Part shown: in pieces, positions 1-7,857 of the stretch | Layout of the letters: every line of letters starts with the position of its first letter | Position numbering within the stretch: position 1 is the stretch's first letter | DNA from: Candidatus Blackburnbacteria bacterium | GTDB taxonomy: Bacteria > Patescibacteriota > Microgenomatia > UBA8517 > UBA10165 | NCBI GenBank assembly: GCA_016183565.1 | Contig: JACPEJ010000001.1 | Coordinates: forward strand, 293,241-357,240 | Length of the DNA: 64,000 nucleotides | Direction: 5' to 3' | Notes under the pieces: generated by a model | The model's database searches: none | What the model was told of the DNA's origin: nothing | What the model saw: the letters and a program-made list of their open reading frames with translations, nothing else | Made by a program: the position numbers and the translations under genes

Positions 1-13
1 GATTACCTTGGGA

Positions 14-50
14 TTTCCACATCGGGAGTGGAACAGGTTTGCACATCGGG
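14..50. repeat. 37-nt direct repeat, copy A (tttccacatcgggagtggaaCaggtttgcacatcggg); 36/37 identical to 1740..1776
   Basis: Compared the two stretches directly: one C/T mismatch. On the minus strand the repeat encodes MCKP[V/I]PLPMWK plus leader, i.e. the start of an ORF running off the left window edge. Confidence 0.8.
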
Positions 51-82
51 GAATTCTGCTTTTCATGCTACTGATTTGAACC

Positions 83-418
83 TTAGGACAATGTGAATAG
101 TCTACGAACTTTTTGTAAAATCACATTTTTAATCTTTGTAGTTAACTTCCCTGCGATATTCTTAATAATAGATGCATCGGCTGTGAATAATTTATCTGGT
201 CTGACAAAGCTTACAACTGGTAGACCTCCTTGGGTAAAATCAGATGGTTTAATACAGATTGCTGTTTTACTGGAGTAAGGCTTTGAAGTGATTTGACATA
301 AAATCAAGTTATCGAATTCAACTTGAGCTAAAACCAGAGCTGGGCGGATTTTCTTACCCTTTAAATTAGAAAAAGGGAAAGTAACCAAAACAACACTACC
401 TACTGTAAACTTGCCCAT
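83..418 (-). CDS. mazF: MazF/PemK-family type II toxin (mRNA interferase)
   Basis: 111 aa; PemK/MazF-like sequence (GSVVLVTFPFSNLKGKKIRPALVL...). 19-nt overlap with the upstream antitoxin ORF. Confidence 0.7.
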   Translation of the reverse strand: MGKFTVGSVVLVTFPFSNLKGKKIRPALVLAQVEFDNLILCQITSKPYSSKTAICIKPSDFTQGGLPVVSFVRPDKLFTADASIIKNIAGKLTTKIKNVILQKVRRLFTLS

Positions 419-639
419 GCTTTATCCTCTTCTGGTTTATTCCAATCAGCTCCAAGTGTTTTTTCTGCCAGTAAAAGAATATCGTTTGCAGGACTCTTTT
501 TTTTGGGAGCTGCAATAATTCTTATTTCACCCTTTTTTACCTGTATCTCAACATCATTACCCAAACCACTTTCATTAAGAAGCGGTTTTGGAATACGGAC
601 ACCACGGGAATTTCCTATTGGAATTAATGTAGTTATCAT
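400..639 (-). CDS. mazE: AbrB/MazE-family antitoxin (SpoVT/AbrB swapped-hairpin domain)
   Basis: 79 aa; IGNSRGVRIPKPLL motif typical of the AbrB/MazE fold. Translationally coupled to the mazF-like ORF. Confidence 0.65.
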   Translation of the reverse strand: MITTLIPIGNSRGVRIPKPLLNESGLGNDVEIQVKKGEIRIIAAPKKKSPANDILLLAEKTLGADWNKPEEDKAWASLQ

Positions 640-844
640 AAGTAATTACATTGTACATACACGTAAAAAGGATGTCAAGTTTTCCTGTTGACTATATGGG
701 AACTTATTATTCCTCTTTTTCTTACTGGCTGGACAAATGGAACGATTTTAGGTTAGCAAACTGGTTAGACATCCTGGAATTTCTAGAAATAACACTGAAA
801 TTTACCCAGCAACTTCTGGCAGTAGCTTAAAATGCTTACAACAA

Positions 845-1510
845 TTAAAGCAGACCGCCCCTTAATAGCCTAAACTCCTTTTTGGTATTCCAGACCTTCT
901 GCAACTCCTCAAAATTGTCATCTGGCTTCTGCATGAGCTTTGCAAGACTATCAATCTCTGCTAATTGCTCTTCAGGAAGTTTTTCAAACTTTCCAAAGTG
1001 AGTTATTTCTGGAGTGTGGAAGTAAATAACTTCATCGTTCATTAGACAGTGGAAGTCATAGAACAGTCCCCATGCGATAACAATTAAGCCACCGTTGCCT
1101 CCAGCATTCCAAAAATGCTGACCATTAACTTTGCCACTTCTCACTGAAAGCCAAGCATCAGCAGAAAAGTCAAAAGTGCCTTCAGGAATATCGTATAGGT
1201 CAAACTTGATATAATTTTCCAAGCTCCTATCAACATCAATCATCACCCAGCGTGAGTCCTGCCCATTCCAATACTGGTTAATCCAATGGTCATCGCTTTT
1301 ACCGCCAGGCGACCCTTCAACCTTAAAATATGGGGCAAAACCAGAACGGACACGAGCTGGAGTACCCTTTATTTTCAAAAGCGAAGCCATAAGGATTGAT
1401 GTGAATCTGCAAGTAAGAATAAGTTTATTATCTGCTGCTCTATCCAAAGTGCCCCTTGGGGTCTCTTCGATACAACTCGGCAAGCATTGCTGAGGCGGTG
1501 ACGAAAACAT
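845..1510 (-). CDS. Transglutaminase-like cysteine protease superfamily protein (catalytic part)
   Basis: TCRFTSILMASLLKIKGTPARVRSGF matches the transglutaminase-core Cys motif (C..[FA]..L....R..GIPAR.V.G[FY]), followed by DHW (His) and DVD (Asp). Confidence 0.6.
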   Translation of the reverse strand: MFSSPPQQCLPSCIEETPRGTLDRAADNKLILTCRFTSILMASLLKIKGTPARVRSGFAPYFKVEGSPGGKSDDHWINQYWNGQDSRWVMIDVDRSLENYIKFDLYDIPEGTFDFSADAWLSVRSGKVNGQHFWNAGGNGGLIVIAWGLFYDFHCLMNDEVIYFHTPEITHFGKFEKLPEEQLAEIDSLAKLMQKPDDNFEELQKVWNTKKEFRLLRGGLL

Positions 1511-1772
1511 CGTCCTCTGGTTGCCTATACCAGGGAATTTTGGTCATGTCGCCATATCTCAAATCCTTATTTGATCCCGTATTGCCATTTTTCAGAGTCA
1601 TCCTGTGAATGAGCTGCTTTCTTACCAATAAACCAATCTCTCTAACATCATCAGGTAAGGTTTTTTTGAGAACATCACCATATAATCCAGGGTTAGTATA
1701 CTGGCTAAATTGAAGATAAAAGTCTTGATTTTTTGAGAGTTTCCACATCGGGAGTGGAATAGGTTTGCACAT
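1440..1772 (-). CDS. N-terminal segment of the same transglutaminase-like gene, in a different frame (probable frameshifted gene)
   Basis: 110-aa ORF overlaps the downstream 221-aa ORF by 70 nt. 1772-845+1 = 928 is not a multiple of 3. Its start codon lies inside repeat copy B. Confidence 0.45.
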   Translation of the reverse strand: MCKPIPLPMWKLSKNQDFYLQFSQYTNPGLYGDVLKKTLPDDVREIGLLVRKQLIHRMTLKNGNTGSNKDLRYGDMTKIPWYRQPEDDVFVTASAMLAELYRRDPKGHFG

Positions 1773-1776
1773 CGGG
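1740..1776. repeat. 37-nt direct repeat, copy B; 7 nt from the 3' end of tRNA-Gln
   Basis: Direct comparison with 14..50. Confidence 0.8.
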
Positions 1777-1783
1777 AGGTGAG

Positions 1784-1854
1784 TTCCGGGACAGGGAGTT
1801 GAACCCCAATTTCCGCTTCCAGAGAGCGGCGTCCGACCATTAGACGATCCCGGA
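1784..1854 (-). tRNA. tRNA-Gln (anticodon CTG)
   Basis: Reverse complement folds as a cloverleaf. Acceptor TCCGGGA/TCCCGGA; D stem GTCT/GGAC; anticodon stem CCGCT/AGCGG with loop CTCTGGA (U33, CTG, G37); T loop TTCAACT; T stem has two G-U pairs. Plus strand is GC-rich in an AT-rich region. Confidence 0.7.
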
Positions 1855-1863
1855 GTATATCTA

Positions 1864-1872
1864 ATTTTACCA
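1864..1872 (-). promoter_or_regulatory. Extended -10 (TGgTAAAAT) about 9 nt upstream of the tRNA-Gln 5' end
   Basis: Reverse complement of 1864..1872 reads CATGGTAAAAT. Confidence 0.35.
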
Positions 1873-1918
1873 TGTATGAGGTTGGAACGGAAGTATTGGG
1901 GTGTGGTAGACTGGGTTT

Positions 1919-2317
1919 ATGGAAAAGCCTAAGGCGCATTCGAAATCACTTCGTCTGTTTTTCTTTTGGTCAGGAATAATTGCGACGTTTGCTTATCGTA
2001 TTATCGTAGTGGTTAATAATTACAGTAAGTTTTGGGCACAGATAGCTTGGTATGTTGGAACGATAGGTTTTGTAATTTACTTTGCACATCGGTATCAGAT
2101 TTCTGAGAAACGGGCTCGGCTTATTAAAGAACACGGTTTGGAGGAGAAAATTAGCAAGGTTAGTTCTCTTAGTGAGGACGATCGTCTTATTATGTCTTAT
2201 ATTTTTTCTACTCTCAAGACTTCTTTGGAGAAGTGGAACTATATATTTATATTTGCAGCTTCAGCAGTTGCTTTATTTTTGGGGGTATACCTGGATTTTC
2301 TTCGACCCTTGCTCTAA
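1919..2317 (+). CDS. Hypothetical small membrane protein (3 predicted TM helices)
   Basis: 132-aa ORF with hydrophobic helices; converges on the LPXTG gene. Confidence 0.45.
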   Translation: MEKPKAHSKSLRLFFFWSGIIATFAYRIIVVVNNYSKFWAQIAWYVGTIGFVIYFAHRYQISEKRARLIKEHGLEEKISKVSSLSEDDRLIMSYIFSTLKTSLEKWNYIFIFAASAVALFLGVYLDFLRPLL

Positions 2318-2688
2318 TTTTTCTTGAAGCTGGAGAGTTTGAGGCCGCCTCCAAGGGCTAGGAGTAACACAGGGATTGCAAGGACTACTGGAAAGCCTGT
2401 TTTTGGGAGGTTTGATGTTACAGCTGTGGGTGTAGGTGTTGCTGTAGGTGTACCTCCTAGACTAATAGTTGCTTTTGGTTGTTCTGATTCTCCAAGAGGA
2501 GTGGGTGTAGGAGTGAGCGAAAGTCCTAATTGGTTTGGAGTGGGTTCTCCCACTTTGGGAAGGTTTCTCCAAACAGTATACCCTCCTACCAATAACAATA
2601 GGATAACGACAGCTCCGATTACTCTTGGCCCGTAGTAAGGCCAGCCTTCTACTAGCTGCTGCCTGACTATTTGAAATCTTTCTCGCAT
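2314..2688 (-). CDS. Small LPXTG-anchored cell-surface protein with Pro/Thr-rich linker
   Basis: N-terminal TM/signal (VIGAVVILLLLVGG). C-terminal sortase signal: LPKTG, then hydrophobic FPVVLAIPVLLLALGGGL, then basic tail KLSSFKKN. Confidence 0.6.
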   Translation of the reverse strand: MRERFQIVRQQLVEGWPYYGPRVIGAVVILLLLVGGYTVWRNLPKVGEPTPNQLGLSLTPTPTPLGESEQPKATISLGGTPTATPTPTAVTSNLPKTGFPVVLAIPVLLLALGGGLKLSSFKKN

Positions 2689-2818
2689 ATAGTCTTATGG
2701 CAGGTTAAAAGTATTATACCCCTCTTTTTTAAAATATCAAGCACTAGGCTTTTTTGTAAAATTGTCAAATTTGACAACTCGCAATAGAAGTCCTTACTAT
2801 GGAAGGCGAGGGGAAAAC

Positions 2819-3514
2819 GTGTCCAAATTTTTTAAGAAATCCTTTTTGTTTTTACTGCTCCCTGTTGTTTTAGTTGTTGCATTGGGAGTGTTGGTATTAA
2901 GTGGTCGTAGTACTGCGACTGTGACCACAGGTTGTACTTCATCTGATTTTTCGGGTCTTTTTAAGCCGGATGATAAACTAGCTTACATTGGAAGTGAGAG
3001 TGCTAAAGTTCCTCCGGAGGAGAAAGTTGGAAGAGAGGGTACGGAGATAGCAAGAGTTCTATCTTCTACTTCATTTTTAGGAGAACGTTGGGTTGAGGTG
3101 GATTTGTCGGAGCAAAAACTTACAGCTTGGGAAGGTGATAAGATGTTTTTAACTACGTCGATTTCTTCTGGTTTGCCTTGGACGCCGACCCCACAGGGAG
3201 AGTTTAAGGTTTGGATTAAGGTACGTTACACAAAGATGGAGGGCGGCGAGGGTAGATATTACTATTACTTACCCAATGTTCCTTATGTTATGTTTTTTGA
3301 GAATGGGGCAACTCCGGGGTTTCGCGGGTATGGTTTACATGGTACATATTGGCACAATGATTTTGGTACACCAAGGAGTCATGGTTGTGTGAATTTGCCC
3401 ACGCCAATTGCTAAGGAGATTTTCTATTGGTTGGGGCCAGTTTTGCCAGATGGTAAGTCTATTGTGAAGGCAAGTACTGATAATCCTGGTGGACGGATTG
3501 TTATTCACGATTAA
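2819..3514 (+). CDS. L,D-transpeptidase (YkuD domain) with N-terminal membrane anchor
   Basis: Catalytic motif HGT...SHGCVNL. The start is more likely GTG 2819 (GGAAGGCGAGGGG RBS just upstream) than the TTG at 2762 used by the ORF track. Confidence 0.8.
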   Translation: MSKFFKKSFLFLLLPVVLVVALGVLVLSGRSTATVTTGCTSSDFSGLFKPDDKLAYIGSESAKVPPEEKVGREGTEIARVLSSTSFLGERWVEVDLSEQKLTAWEGDKMFLTTSISSGLPWTPTPQGEFKVWIKVRYTKMEGGEGRYYYYLPNVPYVMFFENGATPGFRGYGLHGTYWHNDFGTPRSHGCVNLPTPIAKEIFYWLGPVLPDGKSIVKASTDNPGGRIVIHD

Positions 3515-3537
3515 CCTCTAATGTCCCAATTGATCCC

Positions 3538-3566
3538 TTGACACATAGCACTCATTATGCTAGACT
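3538..3566 (+). promoter_or_regulatory. Sigma70-like promoter for lon (TTGACA-N17-TAGACT)
   Basis: Seen in sequence 16 nt upstream of the lon ATG. Confidence 0.4.
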
Positions 3567-3581
3567 GCTAATCGTTTACAT

Positions 3582-6026
3582 ATGGCAGAAGTATCTCAAG
3601 ACCCAAAGGAATTTGTACTTCCAATAGTTGCTCTGCGCGGTTCTGTTGTTTTTCCCCGGACTGAGGCTATTTTAACTTTTGGTAGGTCGAAGACGAAGCT
3701 TGCTGTGAATGCCTCTTTCTCAGGCGATAGACTTCTGGGTATATTTACACAAAAGGATGCAAGGATATCTGATCCTGTTGCTGGTGATCTGTACCCTGTT
3801 GGAACTCTAGTTTCTATAAGTCAATTGATGCCAACTGAGAATGAAATTCATGTGTTGGTGCAGGGGAAATCAAGAATAAGGATAAAGGGAGTGGTGTCTC
3901 ATGATCCGTTTGCTATTTATAGAATAGAGGTTCTTCAGGAAAATATCGAGAGTTTTGGTGAAGAAGAAACGCAAGCTAAGCATTTGGTTGGACTTTTTGA
4001 AAAGGCTATTCGTTTAGGAAAGGCTGCTGATGTGCAAACGGTTATGCGGCTTCTTTCTAATAAAATTGATCCGGCAGAGCTTGTTGATCAAATTGCATAT
4101 CTTCTTGATATAAAAACTCCCCAAAAGCAGGAACTTCTAGAAACTTTGTCTTTGGAAACAAGACTTAAGAAAGTGGCTGACAATCTTTCTCGGGAAGTTG
4201 GGATATTGGAACTTGAGCGGACAATTTCCAGTAAAACCCAAAAGAGATTTGAGGAGCAGATGCGCAAGGCCATGTTGAAGGAGCATCAGAAGACTATTGA
4301 ACAGGAACTGAAGGGGTTAGGTGAGGAGGGAGGGGATGATGAGGCAGAGGAGTTAAGAAAGAGGGTAAGGGAAGCGCAAATGCCTAAGGATGTGCGCAAG
4401 AAGGCAGAGAAAGAACTTAAACGGCTTATACAAATGTCGCCAAACCATCCCGAAAGTGGTTATGTGAGGAATTATTTGGATTGGCTTGTTGATATGCCTT
4501 GGAGCAAGAGGACTCCCAACAATATTTCTATAAGACACGCTGCGACGATTTTAGATCAAGATCACTATGCTTTAGAGAAAACCAAAGAGAGAATATTGGA
4601 GTTTTTGGCGGTTATGAAACTTAAGAGTAGTCGTCCTGTGAAGGAAGATGTTGGTGAGTTAGAAAAAGGTATGGAGGGCGGAACTCCGACTATACTTTGT
4701 TTTATTGGGCCTCCTGGAGTGGGAAAAACCTCGATTGGTCGTTCAATAGCTCGTGCTTTGGGAAGGAAGTTTGTAAGAGTGTCTCTTGGGGGCGTGAGAG
4801 ATGAAGCGGAAATTAGAGGTCATAGGAGGACATATGTTGGGGCACTTCCTGGAAGGATTATACAGGGTATTAAAAATGTTGGGACTAAAAATCCTGTGTT
4901 TATGCTTGATGAGATTGATAAGTTAGGCAATGACTTTAGAGGAGATCCTTCTTCGGCACTTTTAGAGGTTTTAGATCCCGAGCAAAACAAAGAGTTTTCA
5001 GATCATTACCTTGAGGTGCCATTTGATCTTTCTGAGGTAATGTTTATATGTACTGGTAATGTTTTGGATACTATTCCTCCTGCTCTTCGTGATAGGATGG
5101 AGATAATTAGGTTTGCTGGTTACACTGAAGATGAGAAATATAATATTGCAAGGAGCTTTCTTTGGCCGAAGCAACTAAAGAATAATGGTTTGACTTCTAA
5201 TATTCAAATGACACCTTCGGCGTTTCGGGAGATAATAAATCGGTACACCCGGGAAGCTGGTGTAAGAAGTTTGGAAAGAAATCTTGCTACTGTGGCAAGA
5301 AAAATCGCAAGGGAAGTAGCGGAGGGTAAAAAGGCTCTAAAGATAATTCAAAAAGAAAATATCCGAAGGCTTTTGGGGCCAGCTCAGTTCTCTTCTCTTT
5401 TGGCTGAGAAAAAGGATGAGGTTGGAATTGCGACTGGACTTGGGGTGACTCCTGTTGGAGGGGAGATAATGTTTATTGAAACAGCCCTGATGCCTGGGAA
5501 GGGAAGTCTTACCTTGACGGGTCAGCTTGGTGACGTTATGCGCGAGTCTGCGATGGCGACCTTTTCTTATGCCAGGAGTCATTGGAAAGAGCTGGGGATA
5601 GATAATGAATTTGCAAAACGGACTGATGTGCATGTGCACGTTCCGGAGGGTGCGGTTCCGAAAGATGGTCCATCGGCAGGTGTTGCAATGGCAACTTCTC
5701 TAATTTCGGCTCTAACGGATGTTAAAACCAGAAAGGATATTGCGATGACAGGAGAGATTACGCTTAGAGGTAGGGTGATGGAAATAGGTGGAGTTAAGGA
5801 TAAGGTAATTGCTGCACACAGAGCTGGAATAAAGGTGGTTATTTTACCCAAAGATAACAGAAAAGATATGGAAGATGTGCCGGAGAAGGTAAAGAAAGAT
5901 ATAAAATTTGTTTTTGTAAATCACTTGGATCAGGTGCTTGATGTAGCGCTCCCTGGGTTTGCACAGCGGCAAATTCAACGGAAGATATCTACTCCGTCTC
6001 ATACCCCAACTTTTCTTGCAGGGTAG
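3582..6026 (+). CDS. lon: ATP-dependent protease Lon (La)
   Basis: 814 aa. Lon N-domain, AAA+ Walker A GPPGVGKTS, protease domain with PKDGPSAGVAMATSL catalytic Ser and downstream Lys. Confidence 0.95.
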   Translation: MAEVSQDPKEFVLPIVALRGSVVFPRTEAILTFGRSKTKLAVNASFSGDRLLGIFTQKDARISDPVAGDLYPVGTLVSISQLMPTENEIHVLVQGKSRIRIKGVVSHDPFAIYRIEVLQENIESFGEEETQAKHLVGLFEKAIRLGKAADVQTVMRLLSNKIDPAELVDQIAYLLDIKTPQKQELLETLSLETRLKKVADNLSREVGILELERTISSKTQKRFEEQMRKAMLKEHQKTIEQELKGLGEEGGDDEAEELRKRVREAQMPKDVRKKAEKELKRLIQMSPNHPESGYVRNYLDWLVDMPWSKRTPNNISIRHAATILDQDHYALEKTKERILEFLAVMKLKSSRPVKEDVGELEKGMEGGTPTILCFIGPPGVGKTSIGRSIARALGRKFVRVSLGGVRDEAEIRGHRRTYVGALPGRIIQGIKNVGTKNPVFMLDEIDKLGNDFRGDPSSALLEVLDPEQNKEFSDHYLEVPFDLSEVMFICTGNVLDTIPPALRDRMEIIRFAGYTEDEKYNIARSFLWPKQLKNNGLTSNIQMTPSAFREIINRYTREAGVRSLERNLATVARKIAREVAEGKKALKIIQKENIRRLLGPAQFSSLLAEKKDEVGIATGLGVTPVGGEIMFIETALMPGKGSLTLTGQLGDVMRESAMATFSYARSHWKELGIDNEFAKRTDVHVHVPEGAVPKDGPSAGVAMATSLISALTDVKTRKDIAMTGEITLRGRVMEIGGVKDKVIAAHRAGIKVVILPKDNRKDMEDVPEKVKKDIKFVFVNHLDQVLDVALPGFAQRQIQRKISTPSHTPTFLAG

Positions 6027-6061
6027 CTAAGGTCTCTTTTGCTTCTTAGTGGTGTGTTGAC

Positions 6062-6607
6062 TTGGGTTTGGAAAGATGGGTTAATCTAGTGGTGATGGGG
6101 AAAATTCAAGGGTGGTTTAAGGGAATGGGTGAGCATGGGAATTTGAGATTCATTGTTGGGGTTTCTTTGCTTTCTGTTTTTCTCAAGGTAGTAATACTGT
6201 CTGTTAGTGATACACTTTTTAGTTTGTTGGGTTTTGGGGAGCTTGTTGAGATTTCTTCGGATTTGCAAATACCGGACTTGACCATTTTTGACTTCTTTAT
6301 TTCTGTTTTGGCTGTGCCTCCTATAGAAACAATATTTGGTCAATGGCTTCCGATTGCTTTTGCTTCTATGTTTTCGAAGACTACGAGAGTGCTGGTGATT
6401 TTTTCAGCATCAGTTTTTGCACTTTTGCATTATCCGGCGATAGCGTTTTTCCCCGGTGCTTTTGTTGTTGGTTTGTTTTTAGCTTGGAGTTGGGTATTAA
6501 GACGTAAGAATGGTCGCTGGGAGGCGTTTTGGGTAACTACTTCTATACACATGACGCACAACCTGCTTGCTTTCCTTGCTCTTTTCCTTTTGGCTTCTTT
6601 GGAGTAA
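6062..6607 (+). CDS. CPBP-family (CAAX/Abi-like) intramembrane metalloprotease
   Basis: Polytopic. Motifs FALLHY (FxxxH) and HMTHNLLAF (HxxxN). The true start is probably an internal Met. Confidence 0.55.
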   Translation: MGLERWVNLVVMGKIQGWFKGMGEHGNLRFIVGVSLLSVFLKVVILSVSDTLFSLLGFGELVEISSDLQIPDLTIFDFFISVLAVPPIETIFGQWLPIAFASMFSKTTRVLVIFSASVFALLHYPAIAFFPGAFVVGLFLAWSWVLRRKNGRWEAFWVTTSIHMTHNLLAFLALFLLASLE

Positions 6608-7036
6608 GTTTGGTTACTTTGTGTCAACTAACTCTATTTTTTCCGCTGACTAAATCTATTTCAATAATGAGGTTGCCAACTATTGGATTGGCTTTTATCT
6701 AAATGCAGGGTTGGGCTCCATCGTTGCCTGTTGTCCAAGAGCCAGTGTGGTCCTGTAGCTTACCTTCTTCGTAATTGTCAACATCTTCCCCAAGGTACCA
6801 AACGTTTCCCTTTTTGTCTTGGGCTAAATAATCCCTAATGTTTTAACACCCACAATCTCTTTTGTCTTGTTTGTTACTGATTCTATAAAAGGTAAGGAAA
6901 GGATGTGGAACTATTCTTTCTCTATCTTCTGCCTCTTTTCCAAACACTGACAAAACTTCTTGGGTGACCCCGGAGGGATTTGCCCTCGCTGCAGGCGAGC
7001 CGAGCGAAGCGATTTACCCTCAGTCTGCTAAGTTTG

Positions 7037-7109
7037 TGACGCTACTGGGATTTGAACCCGGGTTTGTAGGATGAGAACCTACTGTCCTGGACCACTAGAC
7101 GATAGCGCC
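7037..7109 (-). tRNA. tRNA-Glu (anticodon CTC)
   Basis: Reverse complement GGCGCTATCGTCTAGTGGTCCAGGACAGTAGGTTCTCATCCTAC...TTCAAAT...TAGCGTCA. Its D-arm sequence (TCGTCTAGTGGTCCAGGACA) is close to the canonical tRNA-Glu D arm. Anticodon loop TTCTCAT. One C-A mismatch in the T stem. Confidence 0.75.
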
Positions 7110-7120
7110 TCACGCTCCCA

Positions 7121-7149
7121 ATTATATCTCTAATTTACTTTCCAGACAA
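7121..7149 (-). promoter_or_regulatory. Sigma70 promoter for tRNA-Glu (TTGTCT-N17-TATAAT)
   Basis: Read on the minus strand; the -10 ends about 11 nt before the tRNA 5' end. Confidence 0.5.
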
Positions 7150-7164
7150 ATTTTTGCCTTGATC

Positions 7165-7240
7165 TTGACACATCAAACGGATAGTCTTACAATATCCCTC
7201 TGTGGCACTCTTGACTTTTCTTAGGAGTTAAGCCTAATAT
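7165..7240 (+). promoter_or_regulatory. Two tandem sigma70-like promoters upstream of greA (TTGACA-N17-TACAAT and TTGACT-N18-TAATAT)
   Basis: Seen in sequence. P1 shares the extended -35 TTGACACAT with the lon promoter. Confidence 0.45.
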
Positions 7241-7351
7241 TAATTTTGTTTGGATTCACTTATTCTATAGCGTCAGTAAAATACAGGAACTAGTTTTCTT
7301 CTTAAGATTCCCTGATGTAAATGATTATTATATTGCCCTAATTTAGCTAAT

Positions 7352-7822
7352 ATGAACAAATTGAAAGGAATACAAATAACACGAGAGGGATACGAAAGGT
7401 TAAAAAAGGAACTCGATGAGCTAGTCAATAAAAAAAGACCGCTAGCTGTTGATCGGCTTTCTCATGCTCGTTCAATGGGAGATTTAGCAGAGAACAATGA
7501 TTATCATCAAGCTAAAGAGGCTTTAGAGTTCATAGATGGGAAGATCTCGGAACTAGAAAGCGTTATTGGACAGGCAGTTGTGATACGTTCTAATTCTGGT
7601 AAAAGGGCAGCGGTGGAGGTTGGTGCAAAGGTTAAAGTTGGTATAAACGGCAATCAGCAAACTTTTCATATTGTTGGTGAGTGGGAAGCAGATCCGAAGG
7701 AAAAAAAAATTTCTCATGAGTCGCCTCTTGGTAAGGCTTTAGTTGGTCGAAGAGTAGGCGAGAAAGTAATGGTTGAGGCTCCGGTTGGGAGTGTGGAATA
7801 CACTATTTTGGAGATAGAGTAG
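7352..7822 (+). CDS. greA: Transcription elongation factor GreA
   Basis: 156 aa; N-terminal coiled coil and C-terminal FKBP-like domain typical of GreA. Confidence 0.9.
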   Translation: MNKLKGIQITREGYERLKKELDELVNKKRPLAVDRLSHARSMGDLAENNDYHQAKEALEFIDGKISELESVIGQAVVIRSNSGKRAAVEVGAKVKVGINGNQQTFHIVGEWEADPKEKKISHESPLGKALVGRRVGEKVMVEAPVGSVEYTILEIE

Positions 7823-7857
7823 CTTTAGAAATTTCCCCCTGGTATACTATTCACGCT

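Noticed and set aside
14-1776. Prophage or integrative element at tRNA-Gln
   Set aside because: No integrase, recombinase or phage genes between or next to the repeats within the window. The repeats may instead be shared gene leaders. Kept only as a finding about the repeats themselves.
1622-1939. 105-aa minus-strand ORF
   Set aside because: Overlaps tRNA-Gln and its promoter entirely; low-complexity translation. Artefact of GC-rich tRNA DNA.
2324-2635. 103-aa plus-strand ORF (Pro/Arg/Gly-rich)
   Set aside because: Antisense to the well-supported LPXTG protein gene; composition is the mirror of a PT-rich coding repeat.
4088-5851. Four 60-100-aa minus-strand ORFs inside lon
   Set aside because: Antisense to a highly conserved, contiguous Lon protease gene; no motifs.
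6086-6627. Minus-strand ORFs of 85 and 65 aa inside the CPBP protease gene
   Set aside because: Lys/Asn-rich antisense translation of a Phe/Leu-rich membrane protein gene.
7037-7109. tRNA-Glu as a pseudogene because of the C-A mismatch in the T stem
   Set aside because: All other cloverleaf elements, the canonical tRNA-Glu D-arm sequence and a perfect promoter are intact; a single mismatch is tolerated in many tRNAs.
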